The position numbers were made by a program, and so were the translations under genes. A DNA stretch of 56,940 nt, filler included, from Callorhinchus milii (Eukaryota), in NCBI RefSeq assembly GCF_018977255.1. It is 2 parts of 2 records of this genome, joined end to end, with 100 filler letters (N's around TTAATTAATTAA, not from the genome) between each part and the next. Parts side by side here need not be neighbours in the genome. Positions count along the whole stretch, not along the records: positions 1 to 28,425 come from NW_024705671.1; positions 28,526 to 56,940 come from NW_024705672.1. One strand, given 5' to 3'. The notes beneath the pieces are model-generated. The model did not search any database and was not told where the DNA came from. It saw only the letters and a list, made by a program, of their open reading frames with translations. Below, in pieces: positions 19,802 through 33,300 of the stretch (within the stretch, counting starts at the first letter, position 1; each line of letters starts with the position of its first letter).

Positions 19802-21686
19802 AAGTCAAAGTGCCGCAATGAGCCCATCACTCATGAAACTAGAACCGGAGGAAAATCCCAGCTTGGACACTTAAAGGTATCGAGGTGAAATGTGAAGAAG
19901 TGATGGTGAAGAGCGAAGAAGTGAAGGTAAAATGTGAAGATGAAGATTAAACTGCAAAATGTGACCTTCACATTGATGGAGGCAACGTGAAGCAGGAGGA
20001 GAATTCTGACTGTGAGGCAGAGCGAGGCAACTCACAGCAGTTTGTGGAAGTGGAGGTGGACTTCCTAGACAATACAAAGTCAAATGGCGACCCGGTAGAT
20101 GTGTCAGCTTGAGACGTCGCTCCAATAGATGCTCCTTTGTCACAGGCCTTTAATGAAGAACACGTTCCTTCGGAGTGGGCAGGTAGGAACTTGGTTGGAC
20201 AGCGCATTCGTGCACGACAGACAGACACATAATCCCTGGTGGGCAAGTGTGGAACCTGTTGTTCCTACCTGTGTGTATAAAACTTGACTTTAGGTAGCCA
20301 GGCAGACAGCCCCTTAACTATCGCCCCCCCCTCCCTTAGGCCCCTCCCCTGACCCTCCTCCCTTAGGCACCTCCCCTGACCCTCCTCCCTTAGACACCTC
20401 CCCTCTCCGTACCCGGCAGTAGGTCTCCACCAATCAAAGAGCTGTTTATGTTATATATTTATTTATGCACGACAGACAGACAATAAATCCCTGGTGGGCA
20501 GTGTGGAACATTGTTCCTGCCTGTATAATGTGAAGTTGAACACTCAGTTCCTGGGTTCAACCTGCAGAGTAAGAGCGAGCGACCAGTCTTTGTGTTTCCC
20601 GTGGGTTGGGGAGATCCCTGTGTTACGATCGAAACTTCGTGGTCTACTATTATTTTTGCTACCTACATGACTTTACTGAAAGAACCAAAGAGTGTGTGAA
20701 CAAGAGCCTGTCAGTAGGGGGGCGACGATGTTTCATCTCGGTTGTGTAATTTGTCGGTAATATTCTTAGGTTTTTTCGGTAAAGTCATGTAGGTAAAACA
20801 TTAAAATTAATGAAAGTAAAATAAAATAAAAATCACGACGTGACTTTACCGAAAAAACCTAAGAATATGAATCCTTGCAGTCACGAAAGCTTCAAATCTA
20901 GAATTGTCGGTAATATTTAGAATTTGCTACATTTTGACTCAAGACGCAAGCATGCAATGGCCTACTCGTTTTGAATGACACAATAGTATGTTTTACATCC
21001 ACTGTTAAGCAGACGGTGCATAATTTTTTAAAATAGCTTAATACGATGTAACCTGGTGCAGTATATTTCACTGCAGTAATTACATTTTGTTAAAATGTAA
21101 AATGTCTTGTCAATAATTTAGAATGAACACTGATTTTGTGTACATGCATCATTTTATTTATGAGGGTCAAATATTGAATAAGTGATGTTAGGACAAAGTG
21201 TGTGTTTTTGGAAGTAACCTGTACAGATCACTCAGGTGAGACCCGTTGTTCTTGTGATACAGGTCAAAGGGTATTTTTGTGTTTCGGGAAGCATTTGTCT
21301 CTGGAGCAACTCATCGTCTTTGAAATAGGGAGCACGCTCAGATCATTCATCAGTTACAAGGCATACCGCTTAAAAATCACGTAGAGGAGATATTCTCTAC
21401 AACACGAATTATAATTTTATATTACGTGTTGACGTTGATTTTTTCAAACTATGACGAGAAATGCTCCTTGTTGATTAATGGCTGGATGTTCGTAACCACC
21501 AATAAGGGTCCACTGGTGGCTTGTACTGAATCAACGATGCACTCCCAGAAGGCTGTGCTGTTTATGGTTTGTGTAAAACATTCCTTTGTTTCGTGGAGAG
21601 ACCGATAAATGAATGACGTCTTGTCGATCTTTTTCATATTTGTGTACATCGATGTCCCACATTGCTTACCACATGTTAACGTGTTG

Positions 21687-22071
21687 TGTAGTGAATGACG
21701 ACACGGTTAACAATGAAGGTGGTAAGTAACACCAGGGGTAGGTGTCCTACACCGGGTCCTTCACGTGGACCCTTGGCTCTATCTGCTGCTAGCCTGGGCT
21801 GTCTCTAAGGGCTCTCACACTCGAGTCAGGACAGGGGTTCAGCCAACACCTTCCGACCAAGGAGAGCAGCACCTCCCGTAACTACAGCCGGCTTCTACAC
21901 ACTTCTTGAGCACTACCCCTGTGGCTGTCTCTTCGCCTCTCTTCAACCGCTCACCATCCCGGGCTCCCACAACGACCCCGCTTTCGTCACGGGGCCCCCC
22001 TTAAGTACCCCCAGGTGACATGATCATCGCACCTCAGCACGTATGACGTCATGCCTCCATACTACACTACA
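21687..22071. mobile_element. Probable solo LTR (385 bp)
   Basis: TG...CA ends with 7-bp inverted termini TGTAGTG/CACTACA; non-coding. No target-site duplication is visible. Confidence 0.5.
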
Positions 22072-22074
22072 CGA

Positions 22075-23800
22075 GCTCGAGGGCTGAATTTTGCAGTCGC
22101 CCCAAACACATCCCAGTGGATATAATTGCCCAGGTTGACGTAGCCCTCAAATGTTTGGGTCACATCCCAGCAGATGTGGCAAGATCTGAAATCGTCGCCA
22201 TCAAAGATGCTAAGAAACCCATTAGTAACATCAGCAGGGACGGGCGCTCTGAACTCATTCAATTGAAAAAGAGAGATGACATTGTCATCCTTTCAGCCGA
22301 CAAGGGTAATGCCACGGTCATGGATAAAACCACATGCAACAAAATTCAGGACCTTAATGATGGCAGTTATACCAAAATCAACAAAGATCCTACCAACTGC
22401 CTGGCTAAAAAACCCAACAATATCACTATCTCGACTTCTCTAATCGGACCGACCAAGCAGCTCTATCTAAAACCTTTGGCTGCTAGACCACCCAAAAATC
22501 CATAAAGAAGGTACTCCACTCTGTCCTATAGTTTCCACCAACTCACCTACCTACAAAGTGGCCCGATTTCCATCTTGAGAGCGTGCTTCCATTCACGGGC
22601 AAGACCACCTCAGCAGCACTGAGCTCACTTGGTTTCTCTAATCAAGGACATTTCACTGTCTCCAGATGATTTGCTTGTCACCTTCGATGTAGTCTCTCTG
22701 TTCACCAAGATACCTGTACCTGACACCATTGCAATCATTGAAGACTTGGTCCAACAGGGACTGAATCCTAATGTACCAACTTTGGTGAGGCACTGCCTTA
22801 CCAACACTTCACCTGGAATGGTACATTCTACAAATTAAATGAAGGTACCCCTATGGGTTCTCCCTTATCACCAGTGGTAGCGAATGTTTTCATGGAGAAA
22901 TTTGAAACAAATGCTATCCTGACATCCACGCTACATCCTTCCCTGTGGAAGAGATGCGTAGATGACACTTTTGTCATCTGGCCATATGGCCAGCCAGCAC
23001 TGAACCAATTTTTCAACCACATCAATTCCATACAGCCATCAATCAAATTCACCATATAAGTGGAAAATGATGGCAAGCTACCATTCCTGGATGTTTTGAT
23101 CGAGAAGAGGCCTGATGGCTCGCTGGGACTTTCCGTCTGCTGTAAAGCCACCCACACGGATTCCTATCTAAAGCCTGATTCCCACCACTATCCGGCCCAG
23201 AAGAACTCCCTCATCAAAACTCTACACCATAGGGCCCGCTGCATCTCCCACCAGCGCCACCTAGCCAGTGGACTGGAGCACGTACACCAAGCCCTCAAGT
23301 TGAATGGATACTCAGACCGCACAATCCGCAAAGCTGTATCCTCAACCATGGGGAGACAACCATCTGAGGACCCAATCAAAACCATCACCTTGCCATACAT
23401 AGCAGGTGTTACCAAAAATATTTCCAAAATCTTAAACAAACACAAGATACAGGTCCGATTCAATACAGTACACAAAATCCACGATTTGATCCCATCTGTG
23501 AAGGATGTCATTCCTGACATGCAATACTCTGGTGTCTACAAACTAAGTTGTGTCTGCGGCAGCAGTTACATTGGGGAAGCGAAACGACATGTCTCGGACC
23601 GTGTTTGCGAACACAAGGCAGATTTGAAACACGGCAGAACCAATACCTCTGCCGTGGCTGATCATTGTTATAACGCGATATTGTTTTTTTTCCGAAACCA
23701 AGGTACTCTGCAAACCTTTGGGCTACCATCAAAGATTTGTCATGAAGCCATCCAGATATATAAACAACATTTCAACTGAGAAGATGGGTATAAGCTGAGC
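22075..23800 (+). mobile_element. Degenerate Penelope-like retroelement (RT + GIY-YIG endonuclease)
   Basis: Frameshifted motifs ILSADKGNATV, LVTFDVVSLFTKIP, PMGSPLSPVVANVFME, WKRCVDDTFVIW, LPFLDVLI, and GVYKLSCVCGSSYIGE..R..EH. Confidence 0.92.
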
Positions 23801-24179
23801 AATTATTCTAAATACGTTATTAACCAAGCAAATTCGTAACTTGCTGTGGTGTATCTATTATTCCCTGCCGTTTGGCTGTTATCTCCGACTCTCTGAGTTG
23901 CATTGCCCTGTTGGGTGCCTCTGCATTAATGGCTGGGGTCTCACTAACATGGACATCTCTGCTCCCTTAGCCTGAATGTATCGATGGTTCTGGCTGTGTG
24001 ATGGGCTGTGTGTCTCACTGTCGCGACCACCATTGCGGTGGTTCTCTTGCGTGGACTGCTGCTGATGCAGACTGTTTTAAAAGGTTTGAAATGGGTGTAG
24101 CCCAAGGGTCATAAAGAAGTGGCAGGGTCTAGTGATGTTAATGTGAGAAATTAACATTTCTCACATCTCGGTAGACGTT

Positions 24180-24996
24180 TCTAGATCTGAAATTGCTGCT
24201 ATCCTCAAAATCGCTAAGAACCCATTAGCAACATCAGCAAGGACGAGCGTTTTGAACTCTCTAAATAAAAAAAACATAGATGACATTGTCATACTCTCAG
24301 CCGACAAGGGCAATGCCACTGTCATCATGGATAAAACCACTTACAACAACAAAATTCAGGACCTTAATGATGGCAGCTATACTAAAATCAACAGAGATCC
24401 CACCAACTGCCCAGCCACAAAACCAACAATATCATCACTAAATCAACTTCTCTAATCGATCATACCAAGCAGCGCTCTCTAAAACCTTCGGCTGCTAGAC
24501 CACCCAGATTGTATGGCCTTCCAAAAATCCACAAAGTAGGTACCCCGCTCCGTCCTATCGTCTCCACCATTAACTCACCCACCTACAAACTGGCCCGATT
24601 GCTGTCTGAGACCCTGCTTCCTTTCACGGCAAGTCCACCTCAGCTGTACTTAACTCAGCTACTTGGTTTCTCTAATAAAGGACATCTCAATGTCTTCAGA
24701 TGATTTGCTTGTCAGCTTCGATGTAGTCTCCCTGTTCACCAAGGTACCTGTACCTGACACCATTGCAATCATTGAAAACTTGGTCCAACAGGGACTGAAT
24801 CCTGATGTACCAAATTTGGTGAGGCACTGCCTTACCAACACGTACTTCACCTGGAATGGTACATTCTACAAACAAAATGAGGGTACCCCAATGGGTTCTC
24901 CCTTATCGCAAGTGGTAGCGAATGTTTTCATCGAGAAATTTGAGACAGATGCCATTCAAACATCCACCCTACGTCCCTCCTTATGGAAAATATATC
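24180..24996 (+). mobile_element. Second PLE RT fragment, truncated at a Tc1 insertion
   Basis: ADKGNATVIMD, YGLPKIHKVGTPLRPIVS, SFDVVSLFT, GTPMGSPLS; closely similar to 22180-22950. Confidence 0.9.
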
Positions 24997-24998
24997 TA

Positions 24999-25795
<797 letters not shown>

Positions 25796-26010
25796 TGAGA
25801 CTAGGCTCTAAGGAAAGCTGTCTCGGGTGTGGACCAATCAACTTCAAGGACAGTGCACATTATCAGAGTTATGTTTTTGTTGCATTATGACTGCAGGTAT
25901 TGTGGTCTATGCAAACATGGCTCCTCGTAAAAAGGTGTCAGTTTTGTTGCCAGATAGAAGGGTAAAAAACCAATTATCATATTTTTACTGGCAAATGAGG
26001 TTCCCATAGT

Positions 26011-26180
26011 GTAAACCCTAACCCTCTAAACACCTAACTCTCGAATCCAATCAACCCCTAACACTCTAAACCCCTAAACCATATAACCCTCGAAATCCCT
26101 AAACCCCTTATCCCTGAAATAACCCAAAACCTCTACACCCGTAACTTTATAAATCACTAACCCTCTAAACCCCTAACCCT
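26011..26180. repeat. Degenerate telomere-like (CCCTAA-type) tract
   Basis: Repeated aaccctaa / aacccctaa / accctctaaa variants. Confidence 0.55.
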
Positions 26181-26408
26181 TTATGTGGAATGTGGTGGGG
26201 GGTGGGATCATGGGGTGGGTGGGTGCAGGGTATGTGTGGTGTGCGGTGGGTATCACAGGGGGGTGAATGGGTGCAGGGTGTGTGTGGTGGGTATGGTGAT
26301 AGTGGTCGTGGTCCACAACGATCCGTGACCACCACCACCACCTCTACTGTGTGGTGGACCGGCCACCACACAGCAGCACGCGTCGGAGGAGTGAACGGAT
26401 AGTTCTCC

Positions 26409-28311
26409 CTATGCGGGCCAGACACCCCGCTTCCTCTTCTCCTCCTGCATCACCATCACCTGATCCTCTTTCCTTGTCATCTCCTTCTCCTCCACCATCT
26501 TCTCCACCAATGTCTCCTCCACCTGCACCACCATCTCCTGCACCACCATCTCCCCTCCTGCTCCTTCGTCCATACCTCCTCTGTATCCCCCCTCATCTCC
26601 TCTTCTTCCTGCACCACCAGCTCCTCCACCAGGGTCTCCACTTCCTCCACAACAACCGTCAGCTTCCATTTAGAGGCCTGGGCGAGCGCGGAGGATGGGG
26701 GCAGCGCCGGCTCCACTCTGTAAAGAGATGCGCACGACACCGTGATGGTGGGTTTAACAACACACGTATATCTACGCGATCTAACCGAAACAAACCTGTA
26801 TTATTAGTAATACTTCCGGTTTAATTGTGACTTGCCCCGGGCTCCACACCTCCCTATGGACTGCCTTGAACATTTGACAAGCAGATCGTGGCTTACCGTC
26901 GCTCAGCAGCTCCAAAACACTGTACACTGCCAGGAGTAGCAGTGGTGGTGGCGTTGCTGGTGGTGCTGGTGGCTGCGGTCCGGAGCCAGCTGTGACCCAG
27001 CGCCTGCGCTGGCGTCATGCGACAATCTGGATCCCATCTGTTGAGAGACACGGGGGTCACACGCGGCGCACATGGTGAGAGAGGCGTGGTGAGAGCATTG
27101 ACGTTCCTTCTTCCACGAGGTCCAGGAACGCACGGCAGCAGCGGTAGTCGTGGTAGCAGCGGAAATCCTTCAATACGCAGTACTCTAAAAATGCCCTGAG
27201 CCTCGCACTGCCGAGTAGAATCTTTAATGAACCTCCAAAGAGGGCGATTTCAACACCGGTAGTACTGGTCATCGGCAGGTTCACTCAGCTCCACATCTTC
27301 CTGCTGATCGGAGGAGAGCGATCGTTGATCACCTTGGTGGGGGAAATCTTCATGGGGAGGGGGTGGGGGATGATTCTTACCGCAGGCAGGAGCTGACGAA
27401 TTCAACAAACTCCGGGTCGTGGCTTTTGAGTGCCCGTGAAGTGACAAGCTCCCTGGCACCCTTCTCTTGACTGGGTAGAACATCATGCCCACACGATCTG
27501 CAGGAGACATGCACAGCAGGAGAGACACACAGTCACCAACCACCACTTTGCCCACCTACCCACTTACCACCCACCCACTCTCCCACACACCTATTTACCC
27601 ACCCACTCACCCAAGGAATTGAAAATACAAAGAGGCCCCCCCATGGCCACCCCCCCAAAAAAACTACAACAGCTCCAGGCCACACCCTAACACTGAATCC
27701 GGTCGGTTGCTCGCCCCACCCTTCAACTCACCAAAGTAGTGCATTCCGTCAGGAGCTACATCCATCATACATCTTGGAGGCAACCCGAGGATCTGCACTT
27801 GGTTGAGATAAAGGCAAAGGTCACCCGTGTAGCTGCAGCAGACTGTAGGGGCAAGTGCTTTTAGTAGTGAGTATAAACAGCAGCAACAGCAACGGTAATG
27901 CGAGTTTGGAATCAAACTCGCATTACCGGGTTTGCAGCTGAGCACGCTAACCGCTGCACCACTGCTTCCCCCACACGTACAAGACACACACGTGTACACA
28001 CAACATACGATGGCTGCCATTCGCCAGGTCACCAAGTACCCAATCGCCCCCCCTCTCCTACCTCCCCCCCCCCCAGAGCCTACAACTTCAAGGAAGGAGC
28101 GGGGAATCACGAGTGGGTGAACGCACAGTTGGAAATACCTCCATGCAGCACGGGAGGTGGTCATCGCGGCTGTCCGACTGCAATAATTCCCGGCCGGTCA
28201 CCAACTCCGCCACCGTGCAGCCCAGTGCCCACATGTCCACTGCACAGGTCAATCTGTAGCCCAGCAATACCTCCGGAGATTGGAATGGCCGGGTCCCACC
28301 AACATGCAGAG
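26409..28311 (-). CDS. 3' portion of a divergent DYRK4-like CMGC kinase gene (frameshifted as assembled; possible pseudogene)
   Basis: GT-AG exons 28311-28139 (TRPFQSPEVLLG..AVDMWALGCTVAELVTG..HLPCCME), 27792-27732 (ILGLPP..HYF), 27497-27381 (..ALKSHDPEFVEFVSSCLR after a 1-nt slip), 27037-26897 (WDPDCRMTPAQALGHSWL), then 26717 into an acidic tail. Colinear with remembered DYRK4 subdomains VIII-XI. Confidence 0.8.
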
Positions 28312-28425
28312 CTGCACAACAATCACAACAACAACACATTTATATGTATGTGTGTACTCACTATGTCATGAATAGCATCGTTATCACACACTGTCACATG
28401 TACAGACACTAAGAGACTTGCACAA

Positions 28426-28525
28426 NNNNNNNNNNNNNNNNNNNNNNNNNNNNNNNNNNNNNNNNNNNNTTAATTAATTAANNNNNNNNNNNNNNNNNNN
28501 NNNNNNNNNNNNNNNNNNNNNNNNN
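28426..28525. other. Artificial gap/linker N44-TTAATTAATTAA-N44
   Basis: Exactly 100 bp and symmetric; the central 12-mer is palindromic and places stops in all six frames. Confidence 0.97.
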
Positions 28526-30328
28526 CACCCGAACACCATAAGCCACCACTGTTATGTTGGTGTTTAGGTGACTAAAACCAACAATCCCCAAACTAGCACA
28601 GCCACCCAAACACTAGCATACCCAGACCAATACCAGTACACCAATCCCAACACCCGCCAATCCAACACCAGCACATCCACCCCAACACCAGACCCACCAA
28701 CACCAACAGAGCCACCCCAACACCGGCACAATCACACCAACACCAGCACAGCCAAGCCAACACCAGCACTGTCACGCAACCCCAGCATTGTCATGCCAAC
28801 TCCAGCCACCCCAACACCAGCCACCCCAACACCAGCTCCCCCAACATGACCACAGCCGATCTAACACCAGCCATCCCTATACCAGCACAGCCACCCCAAG
28901 CACCAGCACAGTCACGCCAAAACCAGCACAATTATTCCAACACCAGCACAGCCACACCAACACCAGCACAGCCACCCCAACACCAGCACAGCCACCGCAA
29001 CACCAGCACAGCCACCCCAACACCAGCACAGCCACCCCAAAACCAGCACAGCCACTGCAACATGAGCACGGTCATGTCAACACCAGCACAGCCACCCCAA
29101 CACGACCACAGCCAACCTTACACCAGCCACCCCAAAACAAACACAGCCACCACAACACCAGCACAATCACACCAACACCAGCACAATCACACCAACACCA
29201 GTACACCTACCCTTACATCAGCACAGCCACACCAACACCAGCACAGCCATGCCTACACCAGCACTGTCACGCCTACACCAGCACTGTCACGCCAACACCA
29301 GCATTGTCACGCCAACTCCAGCCACCCTAACACCAGCCACCCTAACATGACTACAGCCAACCTAACACCAGCCATCCCAATACCAGTTCAGCCATCCCAA
29401 GCACCAGCACAGTCACGCCAAAACCAGCACACTTATGCCAACACCAGAACATCCATACCAACACCAGCACAGCAATCCCAGCACCAGCCGCCCCAGTCCC
29501 AGCCGCCCCAGCCCCCACAGAGGCCCAAATCCAGTCACAGCCACCACAATGCCAACTCCAGCCACCCCAAACCCAGCCCCAGCTGCTCCAAACCCAGCCC
29601 CAGGCAATCTAATGCCAACCCCAGCCACACCAACCCCAACTACAGCTGCCCCAAACCCAACACCAGCAGCAGAAATCCCAGCTGCCCCACCTCAGCCGCC
29701 TCAAACATCAGCCACCCAAACCCCAGCCACCCCAAACCTAGCTGCCCCAGCCCCAGCCGCTCCACCCCCAGCCACCCAGCCCCAGCTGCCCCAGGAACCT
29801 CAAATTCAGCCTCAGCCACTCTCACCACAGCCCCAGCTGCCCCAACCCCACTTGCCCCAACACAATATGCCCCAACACCAGCACAGTCACCCCAACACCA
29901 GCACAGTCACCCCAACACAACCAACAAGCACCCCAAAGCAAGCCACCACAACACTAACACAACAATCCAAACACCAGCATAGTAACCCCAACACTGGCAC
30001 TGAGATCCCAACATCAGCATCGCCACCCCAACACCAGTCACACCACCACCGGAACAGGCATCCCAAATCCACCATAGCCACCCCAACAGCATCTATCCCA
30101 ACATCAGTATATAGTCACCCCAAGACCTGACTTTACAACACCGGCACAGCCACGCCAACACTAGCAGAGCCATCCCAACACCAGCAGAGCCAACCCAATA
30201 CCAATCACTGCAGCCCCAGCCACCCCAAACCCAATTCCAGCCAACCAAACACCAACCACAGCCGCCTCAACACCAACCGCAGCCTCCCCAACCCCAACCC
30301 CAGCCGCCCCATCCCAACACCAGCACAG
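28526..30328. repeat. C/A-rich degenerate ~20-bp minisatellite (ccaacaccagcacagccacc)
   Basis: Repeated unit; yields TPAQPPQHQHSH pseudo-ORFs in rotating frames. Confidence 0.9.
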
Positions 30329-33300
30329 GTAGTGGAGGGTGATGGATTGGAAGTAGAGTGCAGTGGAGTGGGGGTGGAGTGGAGGTTGGTGGGGAGTGGA
30401 GGCAGTTGTAGTGTAGGGAGGTTCAGGGGAGGGGAGGGCTGTAGTGGGGGGAGTGTGTAGTGGCGGTGCGGCTATAGTTTTGAGTGGTATTGTGGAAGAG
30501 CATGTAGTGGAAGGGCGTGGTGGGTGTGGGATTGTGGTGGACGGGTGTGTGGGGTTGTGGCGGAGTGGGGTGGGGGTGGTGGAGGGGTTGTGGGTGTGGC
30601 GGAGTGGGGTGTGGGAGTGTGGTGGAGGGGGTTGTGGGGTTGTGGCGGAGTGGGGGTGTGGTGGAGGGTGGTGTGGGGTTGTGGCAGATGGCGGGGGTGT
30701 CATAGAGTGGGATGGTAGCAGAGGGAGTGTGTGTGCAGTGGACAGGAGTGGTAGCAGAGAGGAATGGTAATGGAGGGAGTGTGTATGTAGTGTAGTGTAC
30801 GTAGTGAGGGTGTGTGTATGGTGAGGGTGTGTGTGCAGCTGAGGGGCTTGGTAGAGGAGAGGGTGTGCCTGTAATAGTGTGGGTGGGTGTCACGAATGGG
30901 GGGTGTGTCGTAGAGGTGGTGTAGGCGTGTGGTGAAGTGGGTGTGGCAGAGGGGCTATGGGGATGTGGTGAAGGACTGTAGGGGTATACGGATGGGGTGG
31001 GGGTGTCACGGATGGGGTGGGGAGTCGCAGAGGGGGGTACGTGTACCAGAGTTGGGTGTTAGCAGAGGGATTGCATGTGTAGTGGACAGTGGGGGTAGCA
31101 GAGAGACATTGTAACGGAGGGTGTGTGTGTGTGTAGAGAATGGTGTGTGTTTAGTGAGGTTGTGTATAGCAGAGGGGGTGGTGCATTAGTGTGGGTGTGT
31201 GCTTTGGAAGGAGTGTGTCTGTAGTGGTGTGGGGGAGCTGTCGCGCAGGTGGGGTTGTGGCGAAAGAGGTGTGGCGAATCGGCTTTGAGGATGTGGGGAG
31301 GGGCTGTGGGGGTGTAGCGGAGAGGGGTGTAGCGGAGGGGGGTGTGGGGGTCTGGTGGAGGATTGTGTTGGGGAGTAGAAGATTGTGGGTGTGCGATAGT
31401 GGAGGTGTGGGGGTTGAGGGAGTGGCGGTCTGGGGTTGTGGTAAAGGGGGTGTGAGGGGGTGGCGCAGGCAGTGTGGGGGTATGCCGCAAATGGTGTGTG
31501 CGGCAGAGAGGGGTGGGTGTGCGGCGGACGGGTGTAGGTTTGTGGTGGAGGGGGCGTGAGGTTGTGGCAGAGGGGGATTTGGGTTGTGGCAGACGGGGTG
31601 TGGGAGAGGAGCAGTGGTGGTGTTGAGGTGAGCATGTCGTGGAGGGTGTGTGATGGAGGGGTTGTGGTGGTGTAGGTGTGGGGTGTGGTTGAATGGGGGA
31701 GTGGGATAGTTTGGAAGTGGGGAATTTAGGGTTTGGGGGATTTGGGGTTTGGCGGAATGAGGGTGTGGGGTAGTGAGAGTGGGGGGTGAGTGGGAGGAGT
31801 GGGGCGAGTGTGAGGATGGGGTGAGTGAGGGTGGGGGAGTGTGGGGGTGGGGGGACTGGGGTTGTGTGGGATATTGGGGGATGAGGGAGTGTGTGGGTGG
31901 GGGAGAGGAAAGTGGGGGTGGGGAGGGAATGGGGATGGGGGGGAATAGGGAAGCGGACGGAATGGGGAAGCGGGGGGAAGGCGGGAGAGGGAGGGAGTCG
32001 GTGGGGGGCGGGGAATGGGGGTGGGGGGAGTGTGGGGGCGGGGAGAGTGTGGGGGCGGGGAGAGTGGGGGGGGCGGGGAGAGTGGGGGGGCGGGGAGAGT
32101 GGGGGGTGTGGGTTAGTTCAGTGGGGTAGAGGGTGTATGTGAATTGAGGAGCGTGCATGGGGGAGAGTCACAGGGGGTGTTGCGGAGATGGTGGGGATCT
32201 CGCGGAGGCGGTGGGGGAGTCGCGGAGCTGATGGGGATGTCGCAGAGAGTGTGGGGATGGAGGGGACGGGGTTGGGGGTGTTTGGAGGGGGTGTGGGGAA
32301 ATGGGTGAGTGGGTGTGGCAAAGGGGTGTGGGGGACGGGGCTTCGGGGTGTGGCGGTGGGGGTGTGGCGGAGAGGGTTGAGCCGGTGTGGCGGAGGGGGT
32401 TGTGGATGTGTGGAGAAGAAAAGGCTGGAGATGTGCCGGAGGAGTGTGTAAGGGTTTAGCGCTGTGGGTGTGGTTGTGTGGCATAGGGGGTGTGTGTTTT
32501 TTGCGGAAGGTTTGTGGAGGTGTGGGGGAGGGGGCGTGAAGAAGGGTGTGCGTGGATGTAGCAGAAAGGGTGCAGGGGTGTGGCAGAGGGGTTGGGCCGG
32601 TGTGGCGGAGGGTGGGGTGGCGGAGCGGGTGTAGGGATGTGGCGTGTGTGTGTGTGGCAGAGGATGTGTGGGGCTGTGGGGGAGTAGGGGTTGTGGGTGT
32701 GGGGGGGGTGGGGGAATGAGAGAGTGGGTTGGGGTGCGGGGTAGTGGGGAATGGGAGAGGGCAGTGTGGGGGTGTGGCGGAGGGGGTGGTGGATGTGGCG
32801 GAGGGTTGTGGATGTATGGCAGAGGGGGCGTAGCGGTGTGTGGCGGAGTGTGTGTGGGGGTGTGGCTGAGAGAGATGTGGGGGACGGTGGGAGGGGGAGG
32901 GAGTGTAGGGGTGCGTTGGAAGGTGTTTCGCAGAAGGGGTGGAGGTGTCAAGGAGGGTGGGGGTGTCGCAGATGGGAGTGGGGGTGTCACAGAGAGCAAT
33001 GGGTGTTTGTGACGGAGGAATGTGGGAGAATGTGTGTGGGGTTGTCGGGAGGGGGTGTGACAGAAGAGGTATGGGGGTGTGGCGGAGGCTGCGTGTGGTG
33101 GTGTGGTGGAGGCGGGTGTGGGTGTGTGGCAGAGGGGACTTTGGGGGAGTGGGGATGTAGGGGTTTGTGGGAGTGGAGAAGTAGTGGTTTATGGGTATGG
33201 GGAAGTGGGGGAATGGGGGTGTGTGGGCGTTGGGGATTCGGGGTGTGTGGGTGTGGCACAGTGGGTGTGGTGCAGTGGGTGTGGGTCTGTGGCGGAAGGG

